A stretch of DNA of 64,000 bases from an uncultured delta proteobacterium. Its GTDB lineage: Bacteria > Myxococcota_A > Polyangia > Fen-1088. Under the pieces are notes generated by a model. That model worked only from the letters and a program-made list of their open reading frames with translations. It was not told the origin of the DNA and made no database searches. Of this stretch, positions 39,466-50,263 are shown in pieces; the first letter of the stretch is position 1; each line of letters opens with the position of its first letter. A program made the translations under genes and the position numbers. The stretch is taken from NCBI GenBank assembly GCA_963755125.1, contig CAVWIP010000014.1:32001-96000 (forward strand), given 5' to 3'.

Positions 39466-40731
39466 CTACTGGGTGATCGCGGTCAGTCCTTCGATACAGA
39501 AGTCCCAGGGCACCGCTGTCGGAGGAGCAGCCGGGATCTGGAACTGAAGAAGGATGATCGTGGTGGGATCCCAGGTTTCCTTGGTCTCCCACGTTGCTTG
39601 TCCAAATGTCGGGTCCGTGAAGAGAACGGTGTGCTGCCCCATCGTGGTGACCGCCTCGAAATAGGCATTGTCGTTGTTGTTCTGTGTGGTGAACGCGACC
39701 CGGAGGCCGGTTGATGGGGGGATCTTTGTTCCCGTCAACTGGAAACAGAATCCTTTGACCCCGTGCGAGGTCGCATTGTACGGTTGCTGCCCACCAGTGT
39801 CGTTCAACTCGAACCCGAGGCCGGCACCCCACGCGTTTGTGGCCGTTCCGGTCGATCCCGACGTACACATGTTGCCGCCGACATTCGGGAAGCTTGTGGT
39901 CGTGGCAGGAGCGGTTACGGTCGAGCAGCCAACATTCTTTAGATCGACGCAGTCGCTATAATAGAACCAGTTGCCATTGATCCCGGTGGTCCCAACGGAA
40001 CCCAGGGCCACGTGGCCCGTGGCGTCTGGGATGATCGGGATACCCGGACAGCCGGTCCCGGTGCCTGTCGAGCCAGCGGCCGCAGTTGAGCCAGCGGCCG
40101 CAGTTGAGCCAGCGGCTGCAGTCGAGCCACCGGCCGCGGTTGAGCCAGCGGCCGCAGTTGAGCCCCCGGCCGGGGGGGAGCCCCCGTTTGCCGTCGAGCC
40201 ACCGTTGGCAGTGGATCTCCCATTTGCCGTCGAGCCGCCGTTGGCAGTGGAGCCCCCGTTTGTCGTCGAGCCGCCGTTTGCGGTCGAACCACCGTTGGAA
40301 GTGGAGCCGCCGTTTGCCGTCGAGCCACCGTTGGAAGTGGAGCCGCCGTTTGCCGTCGAGCCACCGTTGGAAGTGGAGCCACCGTTGGAAGTGGAGCCAC
40401 CGTTAGAAGTGGAGCCACCGTTGGAAGTGGAGCCACCGTTGGAAGTCGAGCCGCCGTTGGAGGTGGCTCCACCATTTGCCGTCGAGCCACCATTCGCGGT
40501 CGAACCGCTGTTGGAAGTGGAGCCACCGTTTGCCGTCGAGCCACGGTTTGCGGTCGAGCCACCGTTGGAAGTGGAGCCGCCGACGCTAGCGTTGCCCCCT
40601 GCGCCACCATTCCCGCCATCTTCTTTGCCGCTAGCGCAACCCGCAAGCAGCAGGCCTGCCAGGCCGATGGTCGCCAAGGAATACGTCAAGGCACCGCCTT
40701 GACCACGACTGGTGATGCACATTCTTAGCAT
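39466..40731 (-). CDS. Lipoprotein with hexapeptide-repeat stalk and putative carbohydrate-binding C-domain
   Basis: Lipobox LAGC; (NGGST[AS])n; WFYYSD, WGAGLGFELN, WDFCI. Confidence 0.78.
   Translation of the reverse strand: MLRMCITSRGQGGALTYSLATIGLAGLLLAGCASGKEDGGNGGAGGNASVGGSTSNGGSTANRGSTANGGSTSNSGSTANGGSTANGGATSNGGSTSNGGSTSNGGSTSNGGSTSNGGSTSNGGSTANGGSTSNGGSTANGGSTSNGGSTANGGSTTNGGSTANGGSTANGRSTANGGSTANGGSPPAGGSTAAAGSTAAGGSTAAAGSTAAAGSTAAAGSTGTGTGCPGIPIIPDATGHVALGSVGTTGINGNWFYYSDCVDLKNVGCSTVTAPATTTSFPNVGGNMCTSGSTGTATNAWGAGLGFELNDTGGQQPYNATSHGVKGFCFQLTGTKIPPSTGLRVAFTTQNNNDNAYFEAVTTMGQHTVLFTDPTFGQATWETKETWDPTTIILLQFQIPAAPPTAVPWDFCIEGLTAITQ
40068..40580. repeat. 18-bp tandem repeat, roughly 28 copies
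   Basis: e.g. GAGCCACCGTTGGAAGTG units. Confidence 0.9.
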
Positions 40732-40902
40732 GTCGTGCTTCTAACACCGCCGCGCGCGGAACGGAACGTCAAAACGATCGCAGCGGCAATGACGAACCAC
40801 AGCTTGTGGCGTACACTGGCTTCTGCAGTGTCTTCGTGCAAGGAGCGAGAAAGCATGGCGCGCAGGGAAGACCGTGCCCGTATCGAAATAGCGTTCTGTC
40901 TT

Positions 40903-41967
40903 ATGCGACGTTGGTGGGCTCTGGCCGTGGGCCTGTTCCCGGGAATTGTCATTCTTGGTGTCGCTGGATGTTCCGGAGCCAACCGATGCGTTCCGGGCGC
41001 CAGCGTCGAGTGCTCGTGCCCAAACGGCCGGCGCAGCGCCCAGGTGTGTGCGCCTGAAGGGACGTTCCTGCCGTGTCAGTGCTTTGGACTTGCGGTCACG
41101 CCTCCAGCCAATCATGCGCCCGAACCGACCCCGCCGCCGCCACGCGACGCCTCCCCGCCTGGCCTGGAGTGCCCGGAGAACCAGGTGCCCATCCCAGGCG
41201 GGACCTTTTGGATGGGGGACCAGGACTTGGACAAGTCGAAGCCGGTACACAAGGTGGCGCTTTCGCCCTACTGCATAGATAAGACGGAGGTGACAGTCGC
41301 TGCCTATCGTGCCTGCGTGCAGGCAGGCATCTGCCCGCCCGCCAGTGCGACAGTCGACTGGAAGGGCGTGAAGCCCGAAGACAAGACGAAATGGAGTCAG
41401 TTCTGCACCTGGGGCAAGCGCGGTTTTGATCGGCACCCCATTAATTGTGTGGATTGGACCCAGGCCAACGCGTATTGTGCCTCGACCGGTGGTCGCCTAC
41501 CTACCGAGGCTGAATGGGAATATGCGGCTCGCGGCAGCGACGGTCGCAGCTATCCGTGGGGCAACAAGCCCCCGGATGCGACCAGGCTGAATGCCTGTGG
41601 CAGCGAGTGCGCATCGATGGCGCAGCAACGGTTGGAGGCGACCTGGACGCCGATGTACACGGGCGATGACGGCTGGCCAGCCACGGCCCCGGTGGGCAGG
41701 TATCCCAAGGGTGCCAGCCCCTTCGGTGTGTTGGACATGGCGGGGAACGTCCAGGAATGGACCGCTGATGCCTTTGCCGACTACAACTCGGATCCCGTCA
41801 CCAACCCACGACGATCCAGCAGCGACGAGTCGCCCCGCGTGATCCGCGGCGGGAGCTGGATCAGCGAGGTCGCTGACAAGATGCGCGCGACCTTCCGCTC
41901 TGGTTTCGTCCCTGGTTACCGCATCAACAGCCTCGGGTTTCGCTGCGCACGCGGGGAAAGAATCTAG
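40903..41967 (+). CDS. FGE-sulfatase (SUMF1/EgtB/PvdO) domain lipoprotein
   Basis: IDKTEVT, HPINCVDW, RLPTEAEWEYAARG, DMAGNVQEW, RGGSW, GFRC. Confidence 0.92.
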   Translation: MRRWWALAVGLFPGIVILGVAGCSGANRCVPGASVECSCPNGRRSAQVCAPEGTFLPCQCFGLAVTPPANHAPEPTPPPPRDASPPGLECPENQVPIPGGTFWMGDQDLDKSKPVHKVALSPYCIDKTEVTVAAYRACVQAGICPPASATVDWKGVKPEDKTKWSQFCTWGKRGFDRHPINCVDWTQANAYCASTGGRLPTEAEWEYAARGSDGRSYPWGNKPPDATRLNACGSECASMAQQRLEATWTPMYTGDDGWPATAPVGRYPKGASPFGVLDMAGNVQEWTADAFADYNSDPVTNPRRSSSDESPRVIRGGSWISEVADKMRATFRSGFVPGYRINSLGFRCARGERI

Positions 41968-42025
41968 GCATCTGTCGTTGTCGGGTCACGGCCTTTACCG
42001 GACCCGACATGGCCACTCACGTGGA

Positions 42026-42619
42026 TCACGGGGGCGAAGACGCGCCTCTGAGGATTTCCGGGTCTTTCGGCAGGCCTCCCCTCCACGCCAGGACGGTGGC
42101 AGCCGTATCCACCAGGCCCATGGTCACGAACAGCGCCGTGAAGGAACAGTACGCCACGATGGCTCCACCGAGGAGGGCCGCGGCGCCTGCAATCAGGTGC
42201 GTGCCTCCGGACCAGATCGACCAATGCCTGGCCGAGGAATGCTCGATGGCGTCGGTGAATAGTGAGTCCCAGGCCGGCTCGATCAGTCCCGTCGCCAGCC
42301 CGGCGATGACCTGCGCAGCGAAAAGCTGCCACCGGTTTTGCACGAAGATGTACGAGATGTCGCAACACGCCGACCCAAGGAACCCAAGTACCAGGAACGT
42401 CCTGACGTGTTGCTGAAAGCACGGCCGCGTGCCTATCAGACTGACGAAGGCTCCGGTGGCCATGGAGAAGCAAGCAAAGGCGATGCCGGCATCGAGGATG
42501 CTGCCTCCGACGCTCTCGGTGAAGGCAGCATACATCGGCACCAGCATCGACTCGGCGAAGGTGGTGAGAAAACTGATGGTGACCAGCAGGCGCCGTTGTC
42601 GAGAGAGAGAACTCAGCAT
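42026..42619 (-). CDS. Half-size (about 6 TM) MFS-type transporter
   Basis: 197 aa hydrophobic protein resembling one MFS bundle. Confidence 0.7.
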   Translation of the reverse strand: MLSSLSRQRRLLVTISFLTTFAESMLVPMYAAFTESVGGSILDAGIAFACFSMATGAFVSLIGTRPCFQQHVRTFLVLGFLGSACCDISYIFVQNRWQLFAAQVIAGLATGLIEPAWDSLFTDAIEHSSARHWSIWSGGTHLIAGAAALLGGAIVAYCSFTALFVTMGLVDTAATVLAWRGGLPKDPEILRGASSPP

Positions 42620-42752
42620 GAATGATCCGCAGCGGGGCGGCGGGCGGACCCTAACACTTGCGGGCCCATTACGCACCCTTTCGCTGGATGCCTACCCCTG
42701 GCGGTCTGGTGTAGAGTCCATCGTGCCCTTGCCGCCTGAAGCAAGAAAGGAA

Positions 42753-44078
42753 ATGACCGCGCTGCTGATTCCTGCGCCAAGCTACACCTCCGGATATCGT
42801 GCCCTTGCCAGGACCGCACTCGAGACGGCTCTGTCGACTGTGCCGGCCTACAGCAACTGGCGCCGCCATGATCCCGGCCCGTCCGCCGACATCTTCGAGC
42901 GGTACCAGGCGATGCCCGTGCTCAGCAAGGCTGATCTACGCGAACAGCAACCTGCGGGATTCGTCCCGGCAGGGCGTGATCTCGCCTCGGCTCTCGCCAG
43001 CGGCGAAGTCGAACTGGTGGAGACTAGCGGGTCAACCTCCGACGCTGTCACCAATGTCTGGTGTCAGGACTGGTGGGACGCCTCCGAGGCCTCCTCGTGG
43101 AAGTTGCATGCAGCCACGGCGTCGGCGCGATTGGGCGACCACCGTGAGGCAATCCTTGCGAGCCCCCGGTGCGTCGGGTTCGCAAGCGAGGTCGGATACT
43201 TGAGCATGGAGCAACGCACGCTCTGGCACTATCTCTTCCTGACCGAAAAGGCCAATCCAGCCGAATGGAGCATCCCATTTTGCGACCGGATGATCGATGA
43301 GCTGGGCCGGTTCGAGCCAGCGGTGCTCGAAGCCAACCCTTCGTTCCTGAGCGTGCTCTGCCGCCACGCGATCAAGCACAACCGTCAGGTACTTCAGCCC
43401 GCAGTCGTGATCTTGACCTATGAGAACCCGTCTCTCATTCATTTGCGCCATATTCGCAGGGTCTTTCGCTGCCCGGTGATCAGTTCCTACGGCGCGACCG
43501 AGAGCGGGTATGTGTTCATGCAGTGCAAGGCCGGCCGACTCCATCAGAACGTCGAGCACTGTCACGTCGACTTTCAACCGCTCGCTCCCCGCCACGGTGG
43601 GCCCATGGTCGGACGGATCCTGGCCACCACGTTTCACAATCCCTGGCGGGCGCTGATTCGTTTTGACATGGGGGACTTGGTGCGGCTGGCGGCCGAGCCG
43701 TGTCCGTGCGGCCGTCGCGAGGGACTGACGCTCGATGGGATCGAGGGCAGAATGGCCAATGCAACGCTTTCTCCTGCGGGCAGGCTGGTGACCCAGAGCC
43801 AGGCCGATGCGGCGATCGCGCAAGTGGACGGCCTTGATCAGTACGAGCTGGTGCAACCCGACGCCACCACGGTTTCGGTGCGCTATGTGAGCGATACCCG
43901 AGAGCCGGCAGCGATCGAGCCCGAATTGTGCGCGTCGCTGCAACAATGCTACGGCTCTTCCATGAATATCATTCCCGATCATGTTCAGGCACTTTCGCCT
44001 GTTCTGGGCGTCAAGTATCGGCTGGCCAGAGCCGACTTCCCCATCGATATCCATGATTTTCTTGCGGGGAGCCCATGA
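42753..44078 (+). CDS. Phenylacetate-CoA ligase (PaaK/CapK)-like protein
   Basis: TSGST, SYGATE, LIRFDMGD, CPCGR, IEGR. Confidence 0.85.
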   Translation: MTALLIPAPSYTSGYRALARTALETALSTVPAYSNWRRHDPGPSADIFERYQAMPVLSKADLREQQPAGFVPAGRDLASALASGEVELVETSGSTSDAVTNVWCQDWWDASEASSWKLHAATASARLGDHREAILASPRCVGFASEVGYLSMEQRTLWHYLFLTEKANPAEWSIPFCDRMIDELGRFEPAVLEANPSFLSVLCRHAIKHNRQVLQPAVVILTYENPSLIHLRHIRRVFRCPVISSYGATESGYVFMQCKAGRLHQNVEHCHVDFQPLAPRHGGPMVGRILATTFHNPWRALIRFDMGDLVRLAAEPCPCGRREGLTLDGIEGRMANATLSPAGRLVTQSQADAAIAQVDGLDQYELVQPDATTVSVRYVSDTREPAAIEPELCASLQQCYGSSMNIIPDHVQALSPVLGVKYRLARADFPIDIHDFLAGSP

Positions 44079-44755
44079 GCGGACGGAAACCGATTGTTTT
44101 GATTGCCGGCGATCCTGGCAGCAGGCGCACCGGACCCGATCCGTTTCTGCGAACGGTGTTTGACAATTGTGGAGTCTTTCCTCCTTCAATTGCGTACATC
44201 GGCGCCGCCAGCAACGACGATCGGGGTTTCTTTGCCTGGGTGAGCCGCATTTTCACCAAGTCTGGATCCGGAAAAGTGACGCTGGCCGCGACGGTTCGGC
44301 GATTCGAGCGGCACTCATTCGAGAAGACTTGCGAGACGGCGGACGCGGTATTCATCAGTGGCGGTGACGTCGAAGAGGGAATGAATGTCGTCGCCAGGCG
44401 AAGAATCGCTGCGTTTCTGAGCGACCTGTATCGCGGTGGAAAGTTCCTGTTCGGCCTTTCCGCCGGCAGCATCATGCTGGCCCGCGCCTGGGTGCGCTGG
44501 AAAGATGAGGACGACTCCGTCGGCAGCCTCTTCCCCTGCCTGGGAATTGCCGACATCTTGTGCGACACGCACGGGGAGGAAGAGGACTGGGCCGAGCTGG
44601 TCGCGTTGCTGAAGCTATCGCCGGACGCGAGCGTCGGCTACGGCATCCGGGCGGGGTCAGCAATTTTGGTCGATCCCGACGGCACCGTCGCGCCGATGGG
44701 GAAGATTGATAGGTTCGTCAAGCAGGGGGATGTCGTGCGCAGAGCCAAGCCCTGA
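44075..44755 (+). CDS. Peptidase S51 (dipeptidase E/cyanophycinase-like)
   Basis: AYIGAAS, VFISGG, GLSAGS nucleophile motif. Confidence 0.83.
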   Translation: MSGRKPIVLIAGDPGSRRTGPDPFLRTVFDNCGVFPPSIAYIGAASNDDRGFFAWVSRIFTKSGSGKVTLAATVRRFERHSFEKTCETADAVFISGGDVEEGMNVVARRRIAAFLSDLYRGGKFLFGLSAGSIMLARAWVRWKDEDDSVGSLFPCLGIADILCDTHGEEEDWAELVALLKLSPDASVGYGIRAGSAILVDPDGTVAPMGKIDRFVKQGDVVRRAKP

Positions 44756-44798
44756 TGATTCCGGCGGTCGAAGAAGAGCAGGGGGCACAGGGGCTGAC

Positions 44799-44990
44799 CT
44801 ACCCACCCCCCGGTATGCATGACCCAGGTTCTTTGCTCGTCTGGGGATACACGAACAACCCCGCGAAGGTTTCGTTGCCCATTTTGTACTCGACGGTCTT
44901 GCTCTTGACCACGACCGTTCCCGCCGATGCCAGGGATGTTGTCGCGAACAGGAACCCAGCTGTGAGCGTTGCCGCAATGATGCTCATCAT
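44799..44990 (-). pseudogene. 5' stump of a secreted dienelactone-hydrolase-like gene
   Basis: GGAAGGAG RBS, signal peptide, VKSKTVEYKMGNETFAGLFVYP then early stop. Confidence 0.5.
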
Positions 44991-45119
44991 CTCTCCTTCC
45001 TCGCGTGTCGTGGTAGATGCCAGAGGGGGGCTAGGTGACAAGATCGCACATGCCCGGTTGAGCGGATGGGTGATATTCTCGGAAGCCGTGAGGATTACGC
45101 TGGAAGAGTCGGCGGGGAT

Positions 45120-46163
45120 ATGATCATGCCCGAAGCAGAACCCACACCGCCAAGTCCAAAATCTCCCGCGTCGACGCGGTCCGAGGTGGCGGCCTGGATA
45201 CTCGTGGGGCTCGGCCTGCTGGCCGTACTGTGGTTGCACCTCTTGCCCGCGCTTCTGGCCGGCCTGTTGGTGTACGAGCTGGTTCACCTCACCGCGCCGC
45301 TGTGGCAGCGGCATCTTTCCAACGAAAGGGCACGGGTGGTAGCGGTGTCGGCCCTGGCCGTGCTGGTGGTCGGGCTCGTGACGGCCGCGGTGACTTGGCT
45401 GGTGGTGTATCTGCGCGGTGAGGGGCACCTGACCCGGCTACTGCAGAAGATGGCGCAGATCATTAACCAGGCCCGCGCCACTCTGCCCGCGTCGGTGACG
45501 GAGAACCTGCCCGACAACGCAGACGAACTGAGGGAAACCGCGGTGCACTGGCTGGAGTCGCACGCTCGCAGCCTGCAGACGGCGGGTGAAGACTTCGGCC
45601 GAGGGCTAGCGCACGTCCTCGTTGGCCTGGTGGTGGGCGGGATAGTTTCCCTCTCGGACGTGCGCCCGCACACCTTCGACCGCCCACTGGCCCGCGCCCT
45701 GGCTGAACGGATTGCCCGCCTGGCCAATGCCTTCCGTCGCATTGTGTTCGCGCAAGTTCGCATCTCGGCGGTGAACACCACGCTGACCGCGCTCTTCCTG
45801 CTGGTCGGCCTGCGCCTCTTCGGCGCGCACCTGCCACTCGTCAAGACCCTGATCGCCATCACATTCTTGGTCGGCCTCCTGCCGGTGGTGGGCAATCTGA
45901 TCTCGAACACCATCATCGTGATCGTCGGGCTCAATCACTCCCTCGGGGTCGCGCTGGCGTGCCTGGGTTTTCTCATCGTCATCCACAAGCTCGAGTACTT
46001 CCTCAATGCACGCATCGTGGGCAGTCAGATCAGGGCCCGCGCATGGGAACTGCTCATCGCCATGCTGATCATGGAGTCCGCCTTCGGTCTGCCCGGCATT
46101 GTGGCTGCGCCCATCTACTACGCCTACCTGAAGGACGAACTCGCTGCGCGGCAGTTGGTTTGA
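45120..46163 (+). CDS. AI-2E family transporter
   Basis: GLLPVVGNLISN, HKLEYFLNARIVG, FGLPGIVAAP. Confidence 0.9.
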   Translation: MIMPEAEPTPPSPKSPASTRSEVAAWILVGLGLLAVLWLHLLPALLAGLLVYELVHLTAPLWQRHLSNERARVVAVSALAVLVVGLVTAAVTWLVVYLRGEGHLTRLLQKMAQIINQARATLPASVTENLPDNADELRETAVHWLESHARSLQTAGEDFGRGLAHVLVGLVVGGIVSLSDVRPHTFDRPLARALAERIARLANAFRRIVFAQVRISAVNTTLTALFLLVGLRLFGAHLPLVKTLIAITFLVGLLPVVGNLISNTIIVIVGLNHSLGVALACLGFLIVIHKLEYFLNARIVGSQIRARAWELLIAMLIMESAFGLPGIVAAPIYYAYLKDELAARQLV

Positions 46164-46527
46164 CAGGAAGCATCGCCGCCGCAGGCGACGCTGGGCGTGC
46201 GAGCCGCCACGCACGAAGGTCATCCCGGTAGCGAACTGGACGGGACGATGCGTATCCGCGCCGCTGCAACCGCCGGCATACCCATCCCCGGTGTACGGAC
46301 GACCGTGGACGCGCGGCTCAAAGGGACTCAGTTTCCGTAGCTAACTCGCCGTGCGACTCACCTTTCCACACCAGATGGCTTTTTCTGCACGCCACAACCT
46401 GGCCCCAACCCGACTGCGCGTTTTCCCCTTATCTCGTGTATGATCAGCGCGTGTGCGAGGCAGGGCTTCGTGCCACGCGAGGCGGCTTTAGCCTGAATGT
46501 TGTCCAGAGATACAACGAGGAGGGGTC

Positions 46528-48367
46528 ATGACCATCGCTCGTCTTCGAATCAACTGGCATCGGTTGTTCTTCCTGTCCGCCGCCGTCGTGCTCGTGGCAT
46601 GCTCAAGCTCGTCTACCACGAATGATGGTGCGCAGACCGGGGGCGGAAGCGGGGACACGGCTTCTACCAACTCTGGTGGAAGCACCGGTCGTACCAGCGC
46701 CAGCGGCGCGAGTACCGCGGGCTCTTCGGCCAGCGCGGGCGGCACGAGTGGAGCAGGCGGTGATTCGAGCAGCGCCGGTTCCACAGCCACTGGTGGCTCG
46801 ATTGCTGCAGGCGGCTCGAAGGGAACGGGCGGCGCCACTCATTCTGGCGGCGCGGGTCCGGGTGGCGCAGGCTCGGGCAGAAGTGCGGGCTTCGGTGCAG
46901 GTGGCAGCAGCGGGCTGGGCGGCAGTGGCGGACGTGATGCCGGCGTGCCGGACGCTCCCGGTGTGCGGCCCGATGCCCCCATCGCTGGTGGCGGTGGCGC
47001 GAGCGGTGGCTTTGGTGGCAGTCGTCAAAGCGCTGGTGGCACCAGCGGCGGCGCTGGGGGAACCCACAGCACGGCACCGAACGCCGGGTCGGCGCTCACC
47101 TTCACCACGACCAGTTGCCCAGCGGCCACTCAGGGTCAGCCCTACAGTTGCACGCTCGCGGTTTCCGGCGGGACGGGCCCGTACACCTTCTCTGTCCCCA
47201 TCTCTTCCTCCTATGCGCCACTCCCCGAGGGTATGGCGTTGGACGGTTCGAACGGGTGTCATCTCAAGCTCCCTCGTCGGCGGCCAGGGGACGTATGGCG
47301 TCCAGTTTCAAGTCGCCGACTCGGCCAACCATGTGGCTACCACCACCATTACCTTCTCTATCGCTGGAAACAACGCTTTCCTGGCTTCGATCTTCCCGTC
47401 GAACTCCATCTTCCACCATCGCGTGGACGCTGCCTCGACAGGCTTGCCGGTCGATACTTCGCCGGCTGCTCCCATATATAGCGGTTATCAGTCTTCGCAC
47501 ATCAAGGTGTTTTTCGGCAACGCCGACTACCTCAATATGCCGAACGGCATCCCCGCGATCCAGGTTCCATATAACCAGCCAGATGTGCCGGTGGCGACCA
47601 CGCAGTACCAGTCGTACTACACCTCTGGGCCGATCCCTCCCTACGCCCCCGTGGAAGGCACGTCGGTTTCCGAGGCTGCTGGAGGGGACGGGCATGTCTT
47701 GGTCTATGTCGAAGGCGGTGGCGGGAACCCTCCCGCGCTGTATGAGATGTGGCAAGGTGTCTTCCTGGGCGCGAAAGGTTGGACGGACTCCTCGAATGCC
47801 ATGTGGAGTGACGTAAGCTCCAACGCTCTGACTGCCCAGGGCAACGGCACCACGGACGAAGCGGGCTTGCCGGTAGCCCCATTGCTCGTCAATGTCGATG
47901 AGGTCATCGGAACGGGGACTCCCAGTGCACCCAGCGGCGTCGTGCAACACCCCATCCGGTTCACGACGAATCATACCCTCAACTACTGGGTGTGGCCTGC
48001 GACGGAGACCGCCGGACAGGGGTCGTGTAGCGGCATCTCGACTGGCAACCTCCTCTCGCAGTCCACACCGCCAGCCTCATGCACATTCTCTGGAGTGCCT
48101 GGAGAGATTTATCGGCTGAATGCCTCAGTCGCCACTCCGTCGTGCGCGTCCACGAGCCCTCAGGCGAATATCATCATCACCGGCTTCCGGAACTACGGAA
48201 TCATCCTGGCCGATAATGGCGACACGGGAGGATTGATCGGGACCCCGGACAGCCGCTGGAACGACGACGACCTCTCCTGTCTGACGAACATCACCTTGGC
48301 CGATTTCGAGCCGGTCAATGTCAGCTCTTTGATGGTCAGCGCGGACAGCGGGGAAACGGCGCACTGA
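46528..48367 (+). pseudogene. Secreted lipoprotein with putative Ig domain, split by a frameshift near 47250
   Basis: Frame 1 ..LPEGMALDGS continues as TGVISSSLVGGQGTYGVQFQVADS in the +1 frame (He_PIG-like Ig domain). Confidence 0.75.
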
Positions 48368-48528
48368 AGCATGGACAACTTGTCCGAAAAATCCCGCGTT
48401 GCGAACTGGCCGAGCGCGCACATCTGCGCGGCAGCACGCCACTCCCATTGAGAAACTCTTGCACGGCGCCTCGTGCCTGCGCTGCCGCCCGAGCACCAAT
48501 CTCCGTTCTTGCTGACTTGCGTGGAACG

Positions 48529-49824
48529 TTACGGGCAGTACGCCACTTGGCATTGGCCAGCGACGCACGTGAAGTGCGCACAGCCGGCGCTGCCATCTGC
48601 GCATAGCTGACAGAGCGCGGGCAGGGCGCCGGTGCAGTCGGTCGCAGTCATGCAGCTGGGCGTGGTCGGAGAAGTGTCAGGCACGCACTCGCACAGGGTC
48701 GTGTCGAAGCGATCGCCCTGGATGCACAAGACATTGTCTACGCATGTGGGCTGCGCGTCGACCGGCGCCACTGCTCCCGCATCCTGATCTGGCACACATT
48801 TGCAGAGGGTCAGGTCAGGGTGATAGCCCGGAATACATGCGCCAGTCTGCACGCATTGACAGCGTCCCGACACCTGGGGGTCGCATCCCTGTCCACAAGT
48901 CAGCGACGATGCGCAGCCGAGGGCGGGATTGTGGCACGCGAACCCTGCTCCGCCGTCTGGCCCTTGGCAGCCATACAGTTCGAATCCAATCGGACAACAG
49001 GCAAGCCCCGCGTCCGGATTCGCCACGCCTGCATCGGAATTCGGCGCACAAATGGGACAACCGCAGGGCTCGGGATTCGGTAGGTAGCCACCTGCGCAAG
49101 TCACCATTGGGCACATCACATTACAGACCAGCGGCGCATCCGGCTTTCCAGCGTCGCTGGTTCCACCGTCCACCGACATGCAGCCGGTGCAGCCGCAGGC
49201 CGGAGAGTTCAGCTGGTACCCAGCGGGACAGGTCTTTAGGGGTGGGACGCAAGGGGGCACGGGCCCCGGACAGATCGGACCGTCTGGGCTGCCAGCGTCC
49301 TTCGTCGCGCCAGCGTCAGGAGTTGAGGCGCAGATGGGACAGCCACAAGGCTCTGGATTCGGTAGGTACCCGCCCACGCAGGCTAACATGGGGCACGGGA
49401 CCAGTGGACAGACCGGCGTGGTGTCGGTCCCGCCAGCATCTTTAGTCACGCCCGCATCGGGGTTCGGTCCACAGACGGGACAGCCGCAGGGATCGGGATT
49501 CGGCTGGAACCCACCCACGCAAGTGAGCGCCGGGCACGCTACCGGAAGGCACGGGCCCTTTCCGCCCGGGCCGCCAGTTCCACTCATTCCGCCAGCCCCG
49601 ACTCCATCCGAGCCGATGGTGCCGCCCGAACTGCCCGCCACGATACCACCGACGCCGGCTGCGCCAGCCGAGCCACCGACCACGCCGCCGGTCTGCCCTC
49701 CCTTGGCCGCCCCCCCAGCACCACCCGGTTCCTCACCAGGATTCAGGCCGGCCTGGTTGGTACAGGCTACGCCCAGTGGGCCACCTACGAGAAGGACTGC
49801 AACGCCCGTTGACATCTTGAACAT
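48529..49824 (-). CDS. Cys-rich repeat lipoprotein
   Basis: GGAGA RBS, lipobox VAC, repeats CP..CP...C.GGYLPNPEPCGCPIC separated by DAG linkers. Confidence 0.78.
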   Translation of the reverse strand: MFKMSTGVAVLLVGGPLGVACTNQAGLNPGEEPGGAGGAAKGGQTGGVVGGSAGAAGVGGIVAGSSGGTIGSDGVGAGGMSGTGGPGGKGPCLPVACPALTCVGGFQPNPDPCGCPVCGPNPDAGVTKDAGGTDTTPVCPLVPCPMLACVGGYLPNPEPCGCPICASTPDAGATKDAGSPDGPICPGPVPPCVPPLKTCPAGYQLNSPACGCTGCMSVDGGTSDAGKPDAPLVCNVMCPMVTCAGGYLPNPEPCGCPICAPNSDAGVANPDAGLACCPIGFELYGCQGPDGGAGFACHNPALGCASSLTCGQGCDPQVSGRCQCVQTGACIPGYHPDLTLCKCVPDQDAGAVAPVDAQPTCVDNVLCIQGDRFDTTLCECVPDTSPTTPSCMTATDCTGALPALCQLCADGSAGCAHFTCVAGQCQVAYCP

Positions 49825-50263
49825 CGGATTCTCCGTGTGCTCAACAGCAGCAAGCTCCATGTCCAGTCTAGCACCGCCGCTGTAGAGTCAATTCTTCCGC
49901 GACGACGCGGAGGCAGATGTGGTGCAGGCTCCCTACAGAGAGGCGACGAAAGCGTTATCTGCAATTGCCCTTGCATTCCTCTCCAGCCATGCCGTCGTCA
50001 GGAGGGCTGTTACAACATTGCGGTAACTGCGCCACTCCCCATTGAACGGGAATCGCTCGGATGAATGCATCTGGCCATCATCTGGCATCGGCAGCCGGGA
50101 GCATCGGTTCCATGGGCTGCTGCGCACTGAATTACGGGAAGTATTTCGGTGAAATCCTGCGTTGACCCAGTTGCATCCCAGGCGGGTGCTACCGGGAATG
50201 CCAATCTGGGCACCGTCCAAGCGTCTGGACACCTCAGATGGTAGTCTTCCGTGCGTCATCGTC

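Noticed and set aside
27271..40580. Tandem repeats as possible CRISPR arrays
   Set aside because: No unique spacers; unit lengths are multiples of 3 inside ORFs; no cas genes
12148..41967. DUF1566 and FGE-sulfatase genes as possible DGR targets
   Set aside because: No reverse transcriptase and no adenine-variant template repeat seen in the window
46262..46350. Possible second GEMM riboswitch on the minus strand
   Set aside because: Lacks GGCAAACC and GCAAAG cores and the P2 tetraloop; points away from the next gene
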